Positions 10,111 to 19,073 of a DNA stretch of 64,000 bases are shown piece by piece (positions within the stretch are counted from its first letter, which is position 1; the number at the start of each line of letters is the position of its first letter). Origin of the DNA: a virus. The DNA is taken from positions 46,199-110,198 of the IMG/VR virus record IMGVR_UViG_3300025437_000010; one strand, given 5' to 3'. A program made the position numbers and the translations under genes. Under the pieces are notes generated by a model. That model did not search any database, had not been told where the DNA came from, and saw only the letters and a list, made by a program, of their open reading frames with translations.

Positions 10111-10563
10111 ATGCTAAAGAAATTTATAAAATGGTTAACGATGGAAGATGTTCTGTCAGGGAAAGTAGTACCTGAAACCCAACTTGAATCCCCAATGCCT
10201 CCGGTAAAGGCTCCACGTAAGCCTAAAGCGGCTCCCCTAGAGTTAACACCCAAGGAGCTTGCAACATCAAAGGGTGAGCCTTATATTGCCATCCTTAGTG
10301 TAGACCTTGATCCTTCCGATATTAATAATGGGTCGTTTGATCTTGATTGGAATGACAAGTTCATAATCAATCTGATCAAACAGGGATACAAATACAGCAA
10401 GAACGATACAGATCAAATGATCGTTGATCGTTGGTTTCAAACCGTATGTCGTAATATCGCTCTTGAAGTATATGAACAAGAAATTGCCGATCCAGACAAG
10501 CGCGATGATGTTCGCATTATTCAGCAGCGTGATTTGGGCGGTGGGTTCACCGAAGTAAGTTAA
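10111..10563 (+). CDS. Conserved hypothetical phage protein
   Basis: KELAT.KGEPY...FDLDWNDKF...VDRWFQTVCRNI. Confidence 0.7.
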   Translation: MLKKFIKWLTMEDVLSGKVVPETQLESPMPPVKAPRKPKAAPLELTPKELATSKGEPYIAILSVDLDPSDINNGSFDLDWNDKFIINLIKQGYKYSKNDTDQMIVDRWFQTVCRNIALEVYEQEIADPDKRDDVRIIQQRDLGGGFTEVS

Positions 10564-10586
10564 ATCAATAAAGGAAAAAATATTTA

Positions 10587-11138
10587 ATGATTAAAAATGC
10601 ACTTTCTCGTCCTGAAGCACAAATGATTTTAAAGAAAGCTACGGTTGATCCATTTAAAGGAACCGTATTAGAAGGCTACAAAGCGATAGGACCAAAACAA
10701 AAGGGCGGATATGGAGAATACGTCATTTCTGATATGCTCAAAACGGATTATGGTTTTACTGTAGAAAAACCACAAAATGCAAGCCATGACCGGATTGTTC
10801 AAGGCCATAAAACTGAAATGAAGTTTTCTGTTGCGCTTACGGACCATGGAACTGGCGGATGTAAGGAAGACAGTTTCATATTTAATCATATTGCTATCTC
10901 TAAGGATTGGGATAGGATTATATTTTGCGGAATCAATTTGGAATTAGACAACTCGCATGTTGTTTGGATGTCCAAAGAAGATTTTATTGGCGCTCGTGAT
11001 TCAGGAGAACTTCAAAAATATTTTACTCCCCAGCAAGGTGGTAAAAATGGCGGAAATGATGATTATATGCTCAATGGAGTTGAAACCTTTAAGCAGTTTT
11101 TAAATTCTGGATTGGCCAGAGATATCTCAACATGGTAA
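10587..11138 (+). CDS. Putative type II restriction endonuclease (PD-(D/E)xK)
   Basis: KQKGGYGE...HDRIV...TEMKFS; overlaps the MTase start. Confidence 0.55.
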   Translation: MIKNALSRPEAQMILKKATVDPFKGTVLEGYKAIGPKQKGGYGEYVISDMLKTDYGFTVEKPQNASHDRIVQGHKTEMKFSVALTDHGTGGCKEDSFIFNHIAISKDWDRIIFCGINLELDNSHVVWMSKEDFIGARDSGELQKYFTPQQGGKNGGNDDYMLNGVETFKQFLNSGLARDISTW

Positions 11139-11887
11139 ACTTTGATCTAAGACAAGGCGATTGCTTAGATATTCTAAAGACTTTAGACGAAGATTCGGTT
11201 GATTTGCTCCTTGTTGATCTTCCGTATGGAACTACTGCCTGTAAGTGGGATAGCGTATTGCCTCTTGATGAATTGTGGAAAGAATACTACCGAGTCTGTA
11301 AAAAGTCTGCAGCGATGGTATTCACCGCTGCACAGCCATTTACCACTACACTGATAGCTTCCAATCTCAAGCACTTCAAGTATGAGTGGATTTGGGAGAA
11401 GCCGCAGGGAACAAATCCTATGTGTGCTAAGTCTATGCCTCTTAAATCACATGAAAACATTGTTGTGTTTTGTAGGCAGAAAACGATATACAATCCACAA
11501 ATGACACAGGGAACACCATACAAAGGATTTTCCAGCGATAGCTCTAAGATTGGTGAGGTATACGGCAGCGCCAATTCTGTGCATAGAGATAACCCTGATG
11601 GAACACGTTACCCCAAAACGGTCTTGCGTTTTAAACAGGAAAAGGGATTTCATCCCACTCAAAAGCCAGTTGCTCTTATGGAATACCTAATCAACACCTA
11701 CAGCAATCCGAACGATGTTGTTTTGGACAATACTATGGGTTCCGGAACAACCGGAGTTGCTTGTAAAAATCTTGGAAGAAGCTTCATCGGGATAGAGAAG
11801 GAAGAAAAGTATTTTGAGATTGCAAAATCTCGTATTTTTCCGCCGCCCGTCCTCAACTCTGAATTGTTTGATGAAAGTTCAACGTAA
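11132..11887 (+). CDS. DNA N4-C/N6-A methyltransferase, beta class
   Basis: GDCL, DLPYG, HPTQKP, VLDNTMGSGTTG, FIGIE. Confidence 0.93.
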   Translation: MVNFDLRQGDCLDILKTLDEDSVDLLLVDLPYGTTACKWDSVLPLDELWKEYYRVCKKSAAMVFTAAQPFTTTLIASNLKHFKYEWIWEKPQGTNPMCAKSMPLKSHENIVVFCRQKTIYNPQMTQGTPYKGFSSDSSKIGEVYGSANSVHRDNPDGTRYPKTVLRFKQEKGFHPTQKPVALMEYLINTYSNPNDVVLDNTMGSGTTGVACKNLGRSFIGIEKEEKYFEIAKSRIFPPPVLNSELFDESST

Positions 11888-11890
11888 ATC

Positions 11891-11919
11891 TTGACATATA
11901 AGCATATTATGTGTATAAT
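11891..11919 (+). promoter_or_regulatory. Sigma70-type promoter
   Basis: TTGACA-N17-TATAAT upstream of RNase H. Confidence 0.8.
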
Positions 11920-11944
11920 GTTTGTATATTAATGAAGGAATCAT

Positions 11945-12946
11945 ATGAACTACGCCCTGATCGATACTGCCAATACTTTTTTCCGTGCGCGACATGTCGC
12001 TTCTAAAAGTCATGACACGTGGGAAAAAATTGGCATGGCAATGCACCTTACGTTATCTTCGGTAAATCAGATGGTGCGTAAATTTGGTATTGATCATGTG
12101 ATTTTTTGTCTTGAAGGACGTTCTTGGCGTAAGGAATTCTACAAGCCATATAAGGCTAACCGCTCGGTTGATCCTAAAACGCTGACTCAAGCCCAAATTG
12201 AAGAAGACAAAATGTTCTGGGAAACCTACGAACATTTTGTAACTTTTCTTCGTGAAAAGACTAATGCATCTGTTCTTCGTTGCTCAACCGCCGAAGCAGA
12301 TGATTTGATTGCAAGATTCATTCATTTACATCCTCATGACCAGCATTTTATTATCTCTTCTGACACTGATTTTGTTCAATTGATCAGTGAAAACGTCCAT
12401 CAATATAATGGTGTTGCTGGGCAGTTGATCAAACTTGATGGGTATTACGATGATCGTGATCGTCCGGTAAAGGACAAAAAAACCAAGGAACATAAGTTGC
12501 TTGAGGACCCTGAGTATCTTCTGTTTAAGAAGTGTATCAGGGGAGATGCTACTGACAATGTGTTCAGTGCTTATCCCGGCGTTCGCGAGAAAGGAACTAA
12601 AAATTCTGTTGGTATCAAAGAGGCGTTTGATGATCGGACCAAACAGGGGTTCAACTGGAATAACTTGATGCTGCAAAAGTGGGTAGATCACAATGATGTT
12701 GAACACCGAGTCAAAGATGATTATGAACGCAATCGCACTCTGATTGACCTGACTGCGCAACCACAAGAAATTAAAGATGCAGTTGATGATATCATTCGTT
12801 CAGAAATCAGGACCACAATAACTCCTCAAGTTGGAATTCACTTGATGAAATTTTGTGGAAAGTATGAACTTAATAAAATTTCAGAATCCGCAGACATTTA
12901 TGCAAAATGGCTGAATTCTCCGTATAAGGGGGTGCTTCATGGGTGA
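11945..12946 (+). CDS. rnh: T4-like RNase H / 5'-3' exonuclease
   Basis: LIDTANTFFR, SWRKEFYKPYKANR, EADDLIA, SSDTDFVQL, GDATDNV. Confidence 0.9.
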   Translation: MNYALIDTANTFFRARHVASKSHDTWEKIGMAMHLTLSSVNQMVRKFGIDHVIFCLEGRSWRKEFYKPYKANRSVDPKTLTQAQIEEDKMFWETYEHFVTFLREKTNASVLRCSTAEADDLIARFIHLHPHDQHFIISSDTDFVQLISENVHQYNGVAGQLIKLDGYYDDRDRPVKDKKTKEHKLLEDPEYLLFKKCIRGDATDNVFSAYPGVREKGTKNSVGIKEAFDDRTKQGFNWNNLMLQKWVDHNDVEHRVKDDYERNRTLIDLTAQPQEIKDAVDDIIRSEIRTTITPQVGIHLMKFCGKYELNKISESADIYAKWLNSPYKGVLHG

Positions 12947-13145
12947 TTATGAACTCAATAAATGTGTTTGCGGTAAAACTCCCATTTTGTGCGAGCCTAA
13001 CTATGCAGATGACAGTGATACTATGGTAGTGTGCGAGTATTGTGACCGGCACACAGATGGTTTCATTTTCGGAGAGTATAGAGAGGGGTCTGAACTGGCA
13101 GTTGAAGCATGGAATCGCGGGGAGATTAATCAATATCATGACTAA
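12939..13145 (+). CDS. Lar-like (restriction alleviation) zinc-ribbon protein
   Basis: LNKCVCG...VVCEYCD...AVEAWNR. Confidence 0.6.
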   Translation: MGDYELNKCVCGKTPILCEPNYADDSDTMVVCEYCDRHTDGFIFGEYREGSELAVEAWNRGEINQYHD

Positions 13146-13554
13146 TTGGGTTAAAATGTCTGACTGGTTGAACGATTTCCAAAGTGGAAACAGAGGTTTT
13201 CGTCCGGGAATGGAAGTTAAACTTGTTACTAGTGTCCGACAACAAGGCAAGTCTGTAATTATGGACATACAATCCGACACGTTTACTGATTGGGAGCATG
13301 TTTTACGTCCACATTACGTAGAAATGTATAATGAATCTGATCAACTACAGTGGTACAGATATCCTAAGAAGCCAAATATGAGCGTCATATATGAAGCTAC
13401 CACAGTTGTTCGTCAGAATTCTGATGGCTCATTTGAGTACACCAAGAATCGCGCTGGCACTGGTATAAGAGTCCTTAATGAAGAGGAAGAAAAGGAATTT
13501 CTGTTTATCATTCTGAAAGCAAAACCTATGCATCTTGGGGCAAAATTTACATGA
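13138..13554 (+). CDS. Hypothetical protein
   Basis: ORF overlapping both neighbours; EKEFLFIILK near the C-terminus. Confidence 0.6.
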   Translation: MTNWVKMSDWLNDFQSGNRGFRPGMEVKLVTSVRQQGKSVIMDIQSDTFTDWEHVLRPHYVEMYNESDQLQWYRYPKKPNMSVIYEATTVVRQNSDGSFEYTKNRAGTGIRVLNEEEEKEFLFIILKAKPMHLGAKFT

Positions 13555-14009
13555 CCGGATTAGTAGCAAAACCAATCATCAAGAACCAATTCTGGATTGT
13601 CACGGACGGAGAAAAGAAAGTTGGCAACATTGAAGCCAATAATGCTGGTTACGGTGTACAGCTTAATGGTAACTTCCTTCAGTTTGATAATGCAAACGAA
13701 TTGAAGAAGACGACTCAAATTCGGTTTGAGCCACTTAAGTCAAATAATACCAAAGTGGCAATGCCATATCCACAGTATCCGACGCCACCAAAGATTTATA
13801 ATTCTATCTTTGATGTTCAGCGTGGGCTTCATTTATTTACTACTTCTAAAAAGAGCAAATGTCTGCATGCCGCAGGATGGTTTGCGATAAATCAAAATGA
13901 TGTTAAACAAGTAGTTTTTTGTCCAAAATATATATTCATTCAACGCTATTCTTATGATGGTCCATACAAAACCCAAGAAGAAGCACAGAGCATGATAAAT
14001 ACTCAATGA
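13551..14009 (+). CDS. Conserved hypothetical phage protein
   Basis: AKPIIKNQFWIV...FCPKYIFIQRY. Confidence 0.7.
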   Translation: MTGLVAKPIIKNQFWIVTDGEKKVGNIEANNAGYGVQLNGNFLQFDNANELKKTTQIRFEPLKSNNTKVAMPYPQYPTPPKIYNSIFDVQRGLHLFTTSKKSKCLHAAGWFAINQNDVKQVVFCPKYIFIQRYSYDGPYKTQEEAQSMINTQ

Positions 14010-14221
14010 ACCATATTCACATCAAAAAATTTATAGATAAATTAGCAGTCATGGAGACAAAACAATCACGAGATGTTGTTTTATCTGCTGCTGATGCTCG
14101 TGGATTACGCGATGAGATTTCAAAATTATTGTCAGATTTGTATGAGTTGAGTAATGCAAGGACGAACGAAAAATTAAATGAAGTGATACAGGTAGAAATT
14201 AAAGGCGGTTCGTTTAAATGA
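14006..14221 (+). CDS. Conserved hypothetical phage protein
   Basis: Coupled ATGA overlaps; C-terminal GGSFK. Confidence 0.7.
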   Translation: MNHIHIKKFIDKLAVMETKQSRDVVLSAADARGLRDEISKLLSDLYELSNARTNEKLNEVIQVEIKGGSFK

Positions 14222-14517
14222 GCAGAACACAACCAAAAATTTTATTGGAACATGTAGATAAAAAAACATATAAAAATGATCAGATCGTAGAAGCTGCCGG
14301 AATATGGGCTGTATTTTATGATGATCAGCCCATCAATCTCAAATCGTCACATTATCTTGCAAACGATGCTGCTCCGAAATACAAGAAAACCAGTTTTTCT
14401 AATCCCGGACATGCTCGTAATTTATGTCGCAAATTAAATGCACAGTTTCATACTGATAAGTTTACTGTTGTTTTCCTAAATTCTGGTCGCACCGTATATC
14501 CAGATGACTTATCATAA
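14218..14517 (+). CDS. Conserved hypothetical phage protein
   Basis: WAVFYD.QPINLK...PKYKKTSFSNPGHA. Confidence 0.7.
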   Translation: MSRTQPKILLEHVDKKTYKNDQIVEAAGIWAVFYDDQPINLKSSHYLANDAAPKYKKTSFSNPGHARNLCRKLNAQFHTDKFTVVFLNSGRTVYPDDLS

Positions 14518-14905
14518 AACTAAGAAAGAGATAACAGAAAAAATCCTTTCAGAATTTTCTGATGTTGAAGAAAATATCTGGGGTGAGTTACCAATTGATA
14601 AGCTCATATTTCGTTGGTGGACTACGGGTAGAGGTGGAAGTGGTCTCAGGCTGTCAGAAGAAGGTATGAGAGCCTTTGAAATTGCTAAAATAGCCCACTA
14701 TGAATTTCCTTTGGGCGACCTTGATAGAAAAATATGGGATTCTTTTATAAAAGATTTAACAAAAAAGCTTGACTGTCCCTACTATCTTGGTGTATACAGA
14801 GAAGGTGATAGTAAGGGTCCCTATATCAGAATATATGACCATAAGATCGCAATGATGTTGACACTCTACGGAAATCTGAAAGAATATTTAGAATCTCGTA
14901 AGTAA
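14504..14905 (+). CDS. Conserved hypothetical phage protein
   Basis: WW...GLRLSEEG...LDCPYY. Confidence 0.7.
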   Translation: MTYHKTKKEITEKILSEFSDVEENIWGELPIDKLIFRWWTTGRGGSGLRLSEEGMRAFEIAKIAHYEFPLGDLDRKIWDSFIKDLTKKLDCPYYLGVYREGDSKGPYIRIYDHKIAMMLTLYGNLKEYLESRK

Positions 14906-15220
14906 CTTGTGTTTTTGTGTAGCATCATAATATAAATATGACCGTGGGTTTTCCACTACAACCAAAAGGGAAAGTAAAATGAGTAATTACTCAAATGCAT
15001 CATATTTGACCAAAACTCCTATGGTAATCAAGGTTTCCAGAGTAGCAGGTCTAATTATTGTAAGTTTGTGCTTGGCAACACTGTACAACGTTTTAGGTCT
15101 ATAAGGAAGTTAGATATGTTTCCATATACAGAAGAAGAATGGGAATATATTTCTAAAGTCAAAATCATGAGTTTGTAACAATCTAACTGGGACAAAATTT
15201 TTAATATTCCAGCAACGATT

Positions 15221-15248
15221 GCCCGAAGGAAACTTCGGGCATTTTGTT
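15221..15248 (+). terminator. Intrinsic terminator
   Basis: GCCCGAAG-GAAA-CTTCGGGC followed by ATTTTGTT. Confidence 0.8.
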
Positions 15249-15302
15249 GTTGACAGGATATATAAATGTGGGTATAAGTAAAGCATTCAACGGAGAAGTG
15301 TC

Positions 15303-15452
15303 ATGAAGAAGGAAGTAATTCAATTTCAGGCGGGTCGTCCCAAAACTCGTGCACACCATGTGTTGTACGGTGATACTCCGTTTAAGCCTAAAATCGTTGA
15401 AAACAAGACGCGCTACAAGCGTAAGCCTAAACATCCGAAAGGGGATTGGTAA
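15303..15452 (+). CDS. ArfA-like small basic protein (49 aa, absent from the ORF track)
   Basis: MKKEVIQFQAGRPKTRAHHVLYGDTPFKPKIVENKTRYKRKPKHPKGDW; GGAGA RBS and TTGACA promoter upstream. Confidence 0.55.
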   Translation: MKKEVIQFQAGRPKTRAHHVLYGDTPFKPKIVENKTRYKRKPKHPKGDW

Positions 15453-15453
15453 C

Positions 15454-15858
15454 ATGAAAGATAAAATCATCAAATTTAAAATTTTGATCCTCGGGGCAGC
15501 ACTTATTGCCGCAATTATTTCGTGTTACGTTATATACAAATATGTCATATACAAACCGTTGATTAATGATCATATTCCAAAACAAATTGATAAGTGCAGT
15601 GATCAAACAGTAGTTGCCGTGGTTTATTCTCTTCGCACAGACCCGCAATCATGGACATCTGATTCATATAATTTGAGTTATGGAAATGCCGTTAAGATAT
15701 GGGTGGCAAACGAAGATTATGGGCTTAATATCGGTCTTGGCAGTGATATATCCAATGGTGCGAAATATGATATGTCTGATGAATGCCGCGCTTTGTTGTA
15801 TTCTGCAACGCAGGATTGGCGCACAAATTACGTCACCACAAAATTGAAGGAAGAGTAA
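15454..15858 (+). CDS. Membrane-anchored hypothetical protein
   Basis: N-terminal TM helix; ATG follows the stop of the ArfA-like ORF. Confidence 0.65.
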   Translation: MKDKIIKFKILILGAALIAAIISCYVIYKYVIYKPLINDHIPKQIDKCSDQTVVAVVYSLRTDPQSWTSDSYNLSYGNAVKIWVANEDYGLNIGLGSDISNGAKYDMSDECRALLYSATQDWRTNYVTTKLKEE

Positions 15859-15859
15859 C

Positions 15860-16162
15860 ATGCCCTACGGCATTGAAGACGCTATTCAAGATGAAATTGT
15901 GCTGCTTGATGATCTGATTATATGGGCAACCAAAAATGATAAGATTTTTTTGGAAAAAATTTACACCGTCAAGCGCCAAAGTCTAAATCATATTATTGAA
16001 CGAATGAAAGGATATGATTTTAAGCTGTCTGTTAATAATGACGGAAAGGTGTTTGTTGGAGGATCACAATCTAACCGCAAAACTCTTGAAGAAGAATATC
16101 CTGCTTTGAAAAAAGTAGCAGAAGAATATGATATTATAAAAAATCTCGTAAAAAGCAGTTGA
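15860..16162 (+). CDS. Hypothetical protein
   Basis: AAGGAAG RBS; in operon. Confidence 0.65.
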   Translation: MPYGIEDAIQDEIVLLDDLIIWATKNDKIFLEKIYTVKRQSLNHIIERMKGYDFKLSVNNDGKVFVGGSQSNRKTLEEEYPALKKVAEEYDIIKNLVKSS

Positions 16163-16218
16163 CAGCCGGGTCATACAAAGCTATGCATTGCTCATAGGTT
16201 CTAATAAAGGATTTCAAA

Positions 16219-16884
16219 ATGGGTTCTTATCGCAATAACTATGCTCGCAAGGTCGCTGATACTGCTCGCTTCAACACTCGCGAAGCGTTTGCTGCTGCAT
16301 GTGCTGCTCAGCGCGTTAACGGTGACTATCTCAAGCTTTCCGAAACCGATCATCAAGGTGATCGGGTGCGTATCGCCAATAAGCATCTTACTCGCGATTT
16401 TATTGACAGTAAGTTTGACATTCGCGAAGAAGACCGTGCGCAAGCCGAAAACGTGATTCTCCATTTTCAGGGGCTGACTTTCAAAATTCTTCAAGGCAAG
16501 GTCCTCAGTGATTTTGAGACTAAGGCCATGGAATGCGCAACTTGCGAAGAAGTTGGTGTTTTTGAACTCGCTGTGATTTCTTCACTTCCTTCTTGTTACA
16601 TTCGCGCCAAGGCTCGTCAAGACACTGATTCTCGTCTTCGTGACACTGACGGTTATATCGGTAACGTTGGTGATAAGGTTGATATTTACGATTTTGAAAT
16701 TGTGCGCTGCCGCTATTCTGAAAATTGGAACACCTACTTTGTTACGGGTATCACACCCGATAATAAGGCGGTGTTCTTTTCCTACCGCAACAATATTGAT
16801 GTTGGGGCCATCGTCAACCTGTCTGGTAAGGTCAAGGCACACAAAGAAAATCAGACACAACTTAATTATGTAAAGGGCATTTGA
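16219..16884 (+). CDS. Early protein with C-terminal OB-fold-like domain
   Basis: Own TTGACA promoter and AAGGA RBS; YIGNVGDKV...GKVKAHKE..TQLNYVK. Confidence 0.7.
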   Translation: MGSYRNNYARKVADTARFNTREAFAAACAAQRVNGDYLKLSETDHQGDRVRIANKHLTRDFIDSKFDIREEDRAQAENVILHFQGLTFKILQGKVLSDFETKAMECATCEEVGVFELAVISSLPSCYIRAKARQDTDSRLRDTDGYIGNVGDKVDIYDFEIVRCRYSENWNTYFVTGITPDNKAVFFSYRNNIDVGAIVNLSGKVKAHKENQTQLNYVKGI

Positions 16885-16885
16885 T

Positions 16886-17134
16886 GTGACCTTCGGAGCA
16901 CGTAATGCCTTCATTAAAGAGATATGCAATGCTGGCATTGGTGACTCCGAGAAGACATATATGAAATGGGAGCCAATAATTGCTTGGCTCCCTATTAAAA
17001 TTAAAAATAGATACGTTTGGCTTAAAAAAATCTACCGTAGAACAATTTATTATAGGTTTAATGAGGAAGGCGTTCTGGAATATGAATATGGTGATTTGTT
17101 TACTATATTAGAGAAGGGAACAGAAAATGAATGA
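16886..17134 (+). CDS. Small hypothetical protein (AWLP...WL family)
   Basis: IAWLPIKIKNRYVWLKKIYRR...YGDLFTIL. Confidence 0.6.
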   Translation: MTFGARNAFIKEICNAGIGDSEKTYMKWEPIIAWLPIKIKNRYVWLKKIYRRTIYYRFNEEGVLEYEYGDLFTILEKGTENE

Positions 17135-17531
17135 TACACGAAGGGTTTATGCATGGGCAGTTGTAGTCGCGGACGCTATTTTTATGCTTATGTCGGGCGG
17201 CTGTATCGCATATGATTATATTCATTCTGTTCGCTGGGATACTGTGCTACTGAATATCATTATGTTCGGTTTGTGGACATACTGGCTCATTCAAGATACC
17301 AAAAAGCTGCGGCAGAGACACCTTATGTATATGTCAGATCAGGCATTTGACAATCTGAAGGATTGGTTGCTTGATAATAAATGTGATTGGAAGAAAGTTG
17401 GTATCAGTAACACGTATATCAACAACTTCCTCGTGCCTGCTGCCGGTCTGTATCTTGTAGATTGGACAAGTCGTCAGTTTGCAATCGTTGATAAGAAACG
17501 ATATGTAGAATTTTCGTTGAGGTATCTATGA
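17127..17531 (+). CDS. Membrane protein with C-terminal F-x-L-R-Y-L motif
   Basis: Two TM helices; ends YVEFSLRYL. Confidence 0.65.
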   Translation: MNDTRRVYAWAVVVADAIFMLMSGGCIAYDYIHSVRWDTVLLNIIMFGLWTYWLIQDTKKLRQRHLMYMSDQAFDNLKDWLLDNKCDWKKVGISNTYINNFLVPAAGLYLVDWTSRQFAIVDKKRYVEFSLRYL

Positions 17532-17749
17532 CTTGTGTTTGGACACTGAAAAAACAGGGGGTTCGCTTCACCTACCAACCTTCAGTTAAAACCTTTTTTT
17601 GGGTTGACGAAAAGTTTTACACTGCTAATAAAGAAGAGATTCTTGAATGGGCTGAGCGATATAACTGTGAGGTTCCTTCAAAAACTTATGGTTGGGTAAC
17701 TTGTCCCGATGACGATGTTGCATTGCTTTTTAGGATGATGTGGTCGTGA
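17528..17749 (+). CDS. Small protein, C-terminal F-x-L-[KR]-W family
   Basis: Ends DDVALLFRMMWS. Confidence 0.65.
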   Translation: MTCVWTLKKQGVRFTYQPSVKTFFWVDEKFYTANKEEILEWAERYNCEVPSKTYGWVTCPDDDVALLFRMMWS

Positions 17750-17964
17750 CTGCTGAATATCTCGTTAGATTCAGTGCCAATCGACTTGTGGTGCGGGAAT
17801 GGTGTGTCAAGAATTTTCCAACTGATGGGTTATCTTTTTATAGCGGATGGGATAACGATAGAGGAAGAAAAATGTGGCGATGGAGATTTAATCTACAGGA
17901 CAAGAACGAACTACTCCTGAACAGAGAAGCAGATGCCGCATGGTTTCTGTTGAGGTGGTCATGA
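17746..17964 (+). CDS. Small protein, C-terminal F-x-L-[KR]-W family
   Basis: VREWC...EADAAWFLLRWS. Confidence 0.65.
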   Translation: MTAEYLVRFSANRLVVREWCVKNFPTDGLSFYSGWDNDRGRKMWRWRFNLQDKNELLLNREADAAWFLLRWS

Positions 17965-18161
17965 AACTTTATTTTAAAGATACCAATCTATCCTATGGAC
18001 AGATAAGTGATTTAATGAAAACTCATATCGGTCCTTCTGGTCCTGATACGTGGGAAAATGGGACTGAAATAGGATTTGAAACGGGAATGAGTGGTGCTGG
18101 ATATATTGAAATTTATGATGATAATCATCCCCATCTACCGTTTGTGGTCTTGAAATGGTGA
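17961..18161 (+). CDS. Small protein, paralogue of 18603-18803
   Basis: YGQIS...GPSGPDTW...EIYD...FVVLKW. Confidence 0.7.
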   Translation: MKLYFKDTNLSYGQISDLMKTHIGPSGPDTWENGTEIGFETGMSGAGYIEIYDDNHPHLPFVVLKW

Positions 18162-18376
18162 ATAACGTGGAAGCAAAAATATATACCATGTCATCAGATT
18201 TGTGGGTTGAGATTGACAAACATTATGACGAAACGGGACTAAAGCCTGTCGAATTCACTGATGAATGTATTTATGCGGATTTCGGTCTTCAGTATACATC
18301 TCACATTACGTTTGCATATAACTACAAAATTACTGACGAAGAAAAATTTACTTTGTTTTTATTGAGGTGGCTATGA
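18155..18376 (+). CDS. Small protein, C-terminal F-x-L-[KR]-W family
   Basis: Ends YKITDEEKFTLFLLRWL. Confidence 0.65.
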   Translation: MVNNVEAKIYTMSSDLWVEIDKHYDETGLKPVEFTDECIYADFGLQYTSHITFAYNYKITDEEKFTLFLLRWL

Positions 18377-18606
18377 TGGGAAAATATTATATTTCATTAG
18401 AGGACTTTGATGCTCTTGGAGACTGGTTAGACGAAAATAGAAAGAAATCACGATCTTCTTTCTTAGAGTACCAGACAGTCGATAGGTGGTTGCGGATTAA
18501 AGCTGGAATATCGGCATTGTCATCCAATTCAGAAGATGATAAGGGCTATCCTTATGAAATCATTGATGAACATAAATTGACGGTATTTTTGTTGAAATAT
18601 CTATGA
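18373..18606 (+). CDS. Small protein, C-terminal F-x-L-[KR]-W/Y family
   Basis: Ends YEIIDEHKLTVFLLKYL. Confidence 0.65.
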   Translation: MMGKYYISLEDFDALGDWLDENRKKSRSSFLEYQTVDRWLRIKAGISALSSNSEDDKGYPYEIIDEHKLTVFLLKYL

Positions 18607-18803
18607 TTAGGCTGTTCATGAGAGAAACTAAAATGCGTTACGGAGAGATCAGTGGCTTGCTGAATCGTTCGCTTGGCCCTGCTGGTCCTGACACGTGGCA
18701 AATTACTAGCGCATATGTTGAAGATATGGGATTTGCTAGTTTTGTTGAAATTTATGACATTGATAATCCTAATGTTACTTTTGTAGTTTTGAATTGGTCA
18801 TAA
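18603..18803 (+). CDS. Small protein, paralogue of 17961-18161
   Basis: YGEIS...GPAGPDTW...EIYD...FVVLNWS. Confidence 0.7.
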   Translation: MIRLFMRETKMRYGEISGLLNRSLGPAGPDTWQITSAYVEDMGFASFVEIYDIDNPNVTFVVLNWS

Positions 18804-18805
18804 TA

Positions 18806-19025
18806 GTGTTTTTTTAATTATCACCACGATCATAGTGATTATCACTATAAGACAATTCGTTGGCAACGTAAATTTTCATTTTTCCCGAGAAAATCCTATC
18901 GCAGCAACAACTCTCTATGGTTTAAATGGGGATATAAAGCGATAGATAACTATTCTTATGGGAATTCAAGATCGTTTTGGATTTCCGAACAAGAATATAT
19001 GTGGATGTTACTCAAGCAGGATTGA
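18806..19025 (+). pseudogene. Paralogue of 8744-8959, frameshifted in a T7 run after GTG
   Basis: GTG TTT TTT TAA; the +1 frame reads ...KFSFFPRKSYRSNNSLWFKWGY...SEQEYMWMLLKQD*. Confidence 0.55.
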
Positions 19026-19073
19026 CATTTGTGGCATATTGGTGTAGAGTCCAATTTACTAAGGAGACATTAC

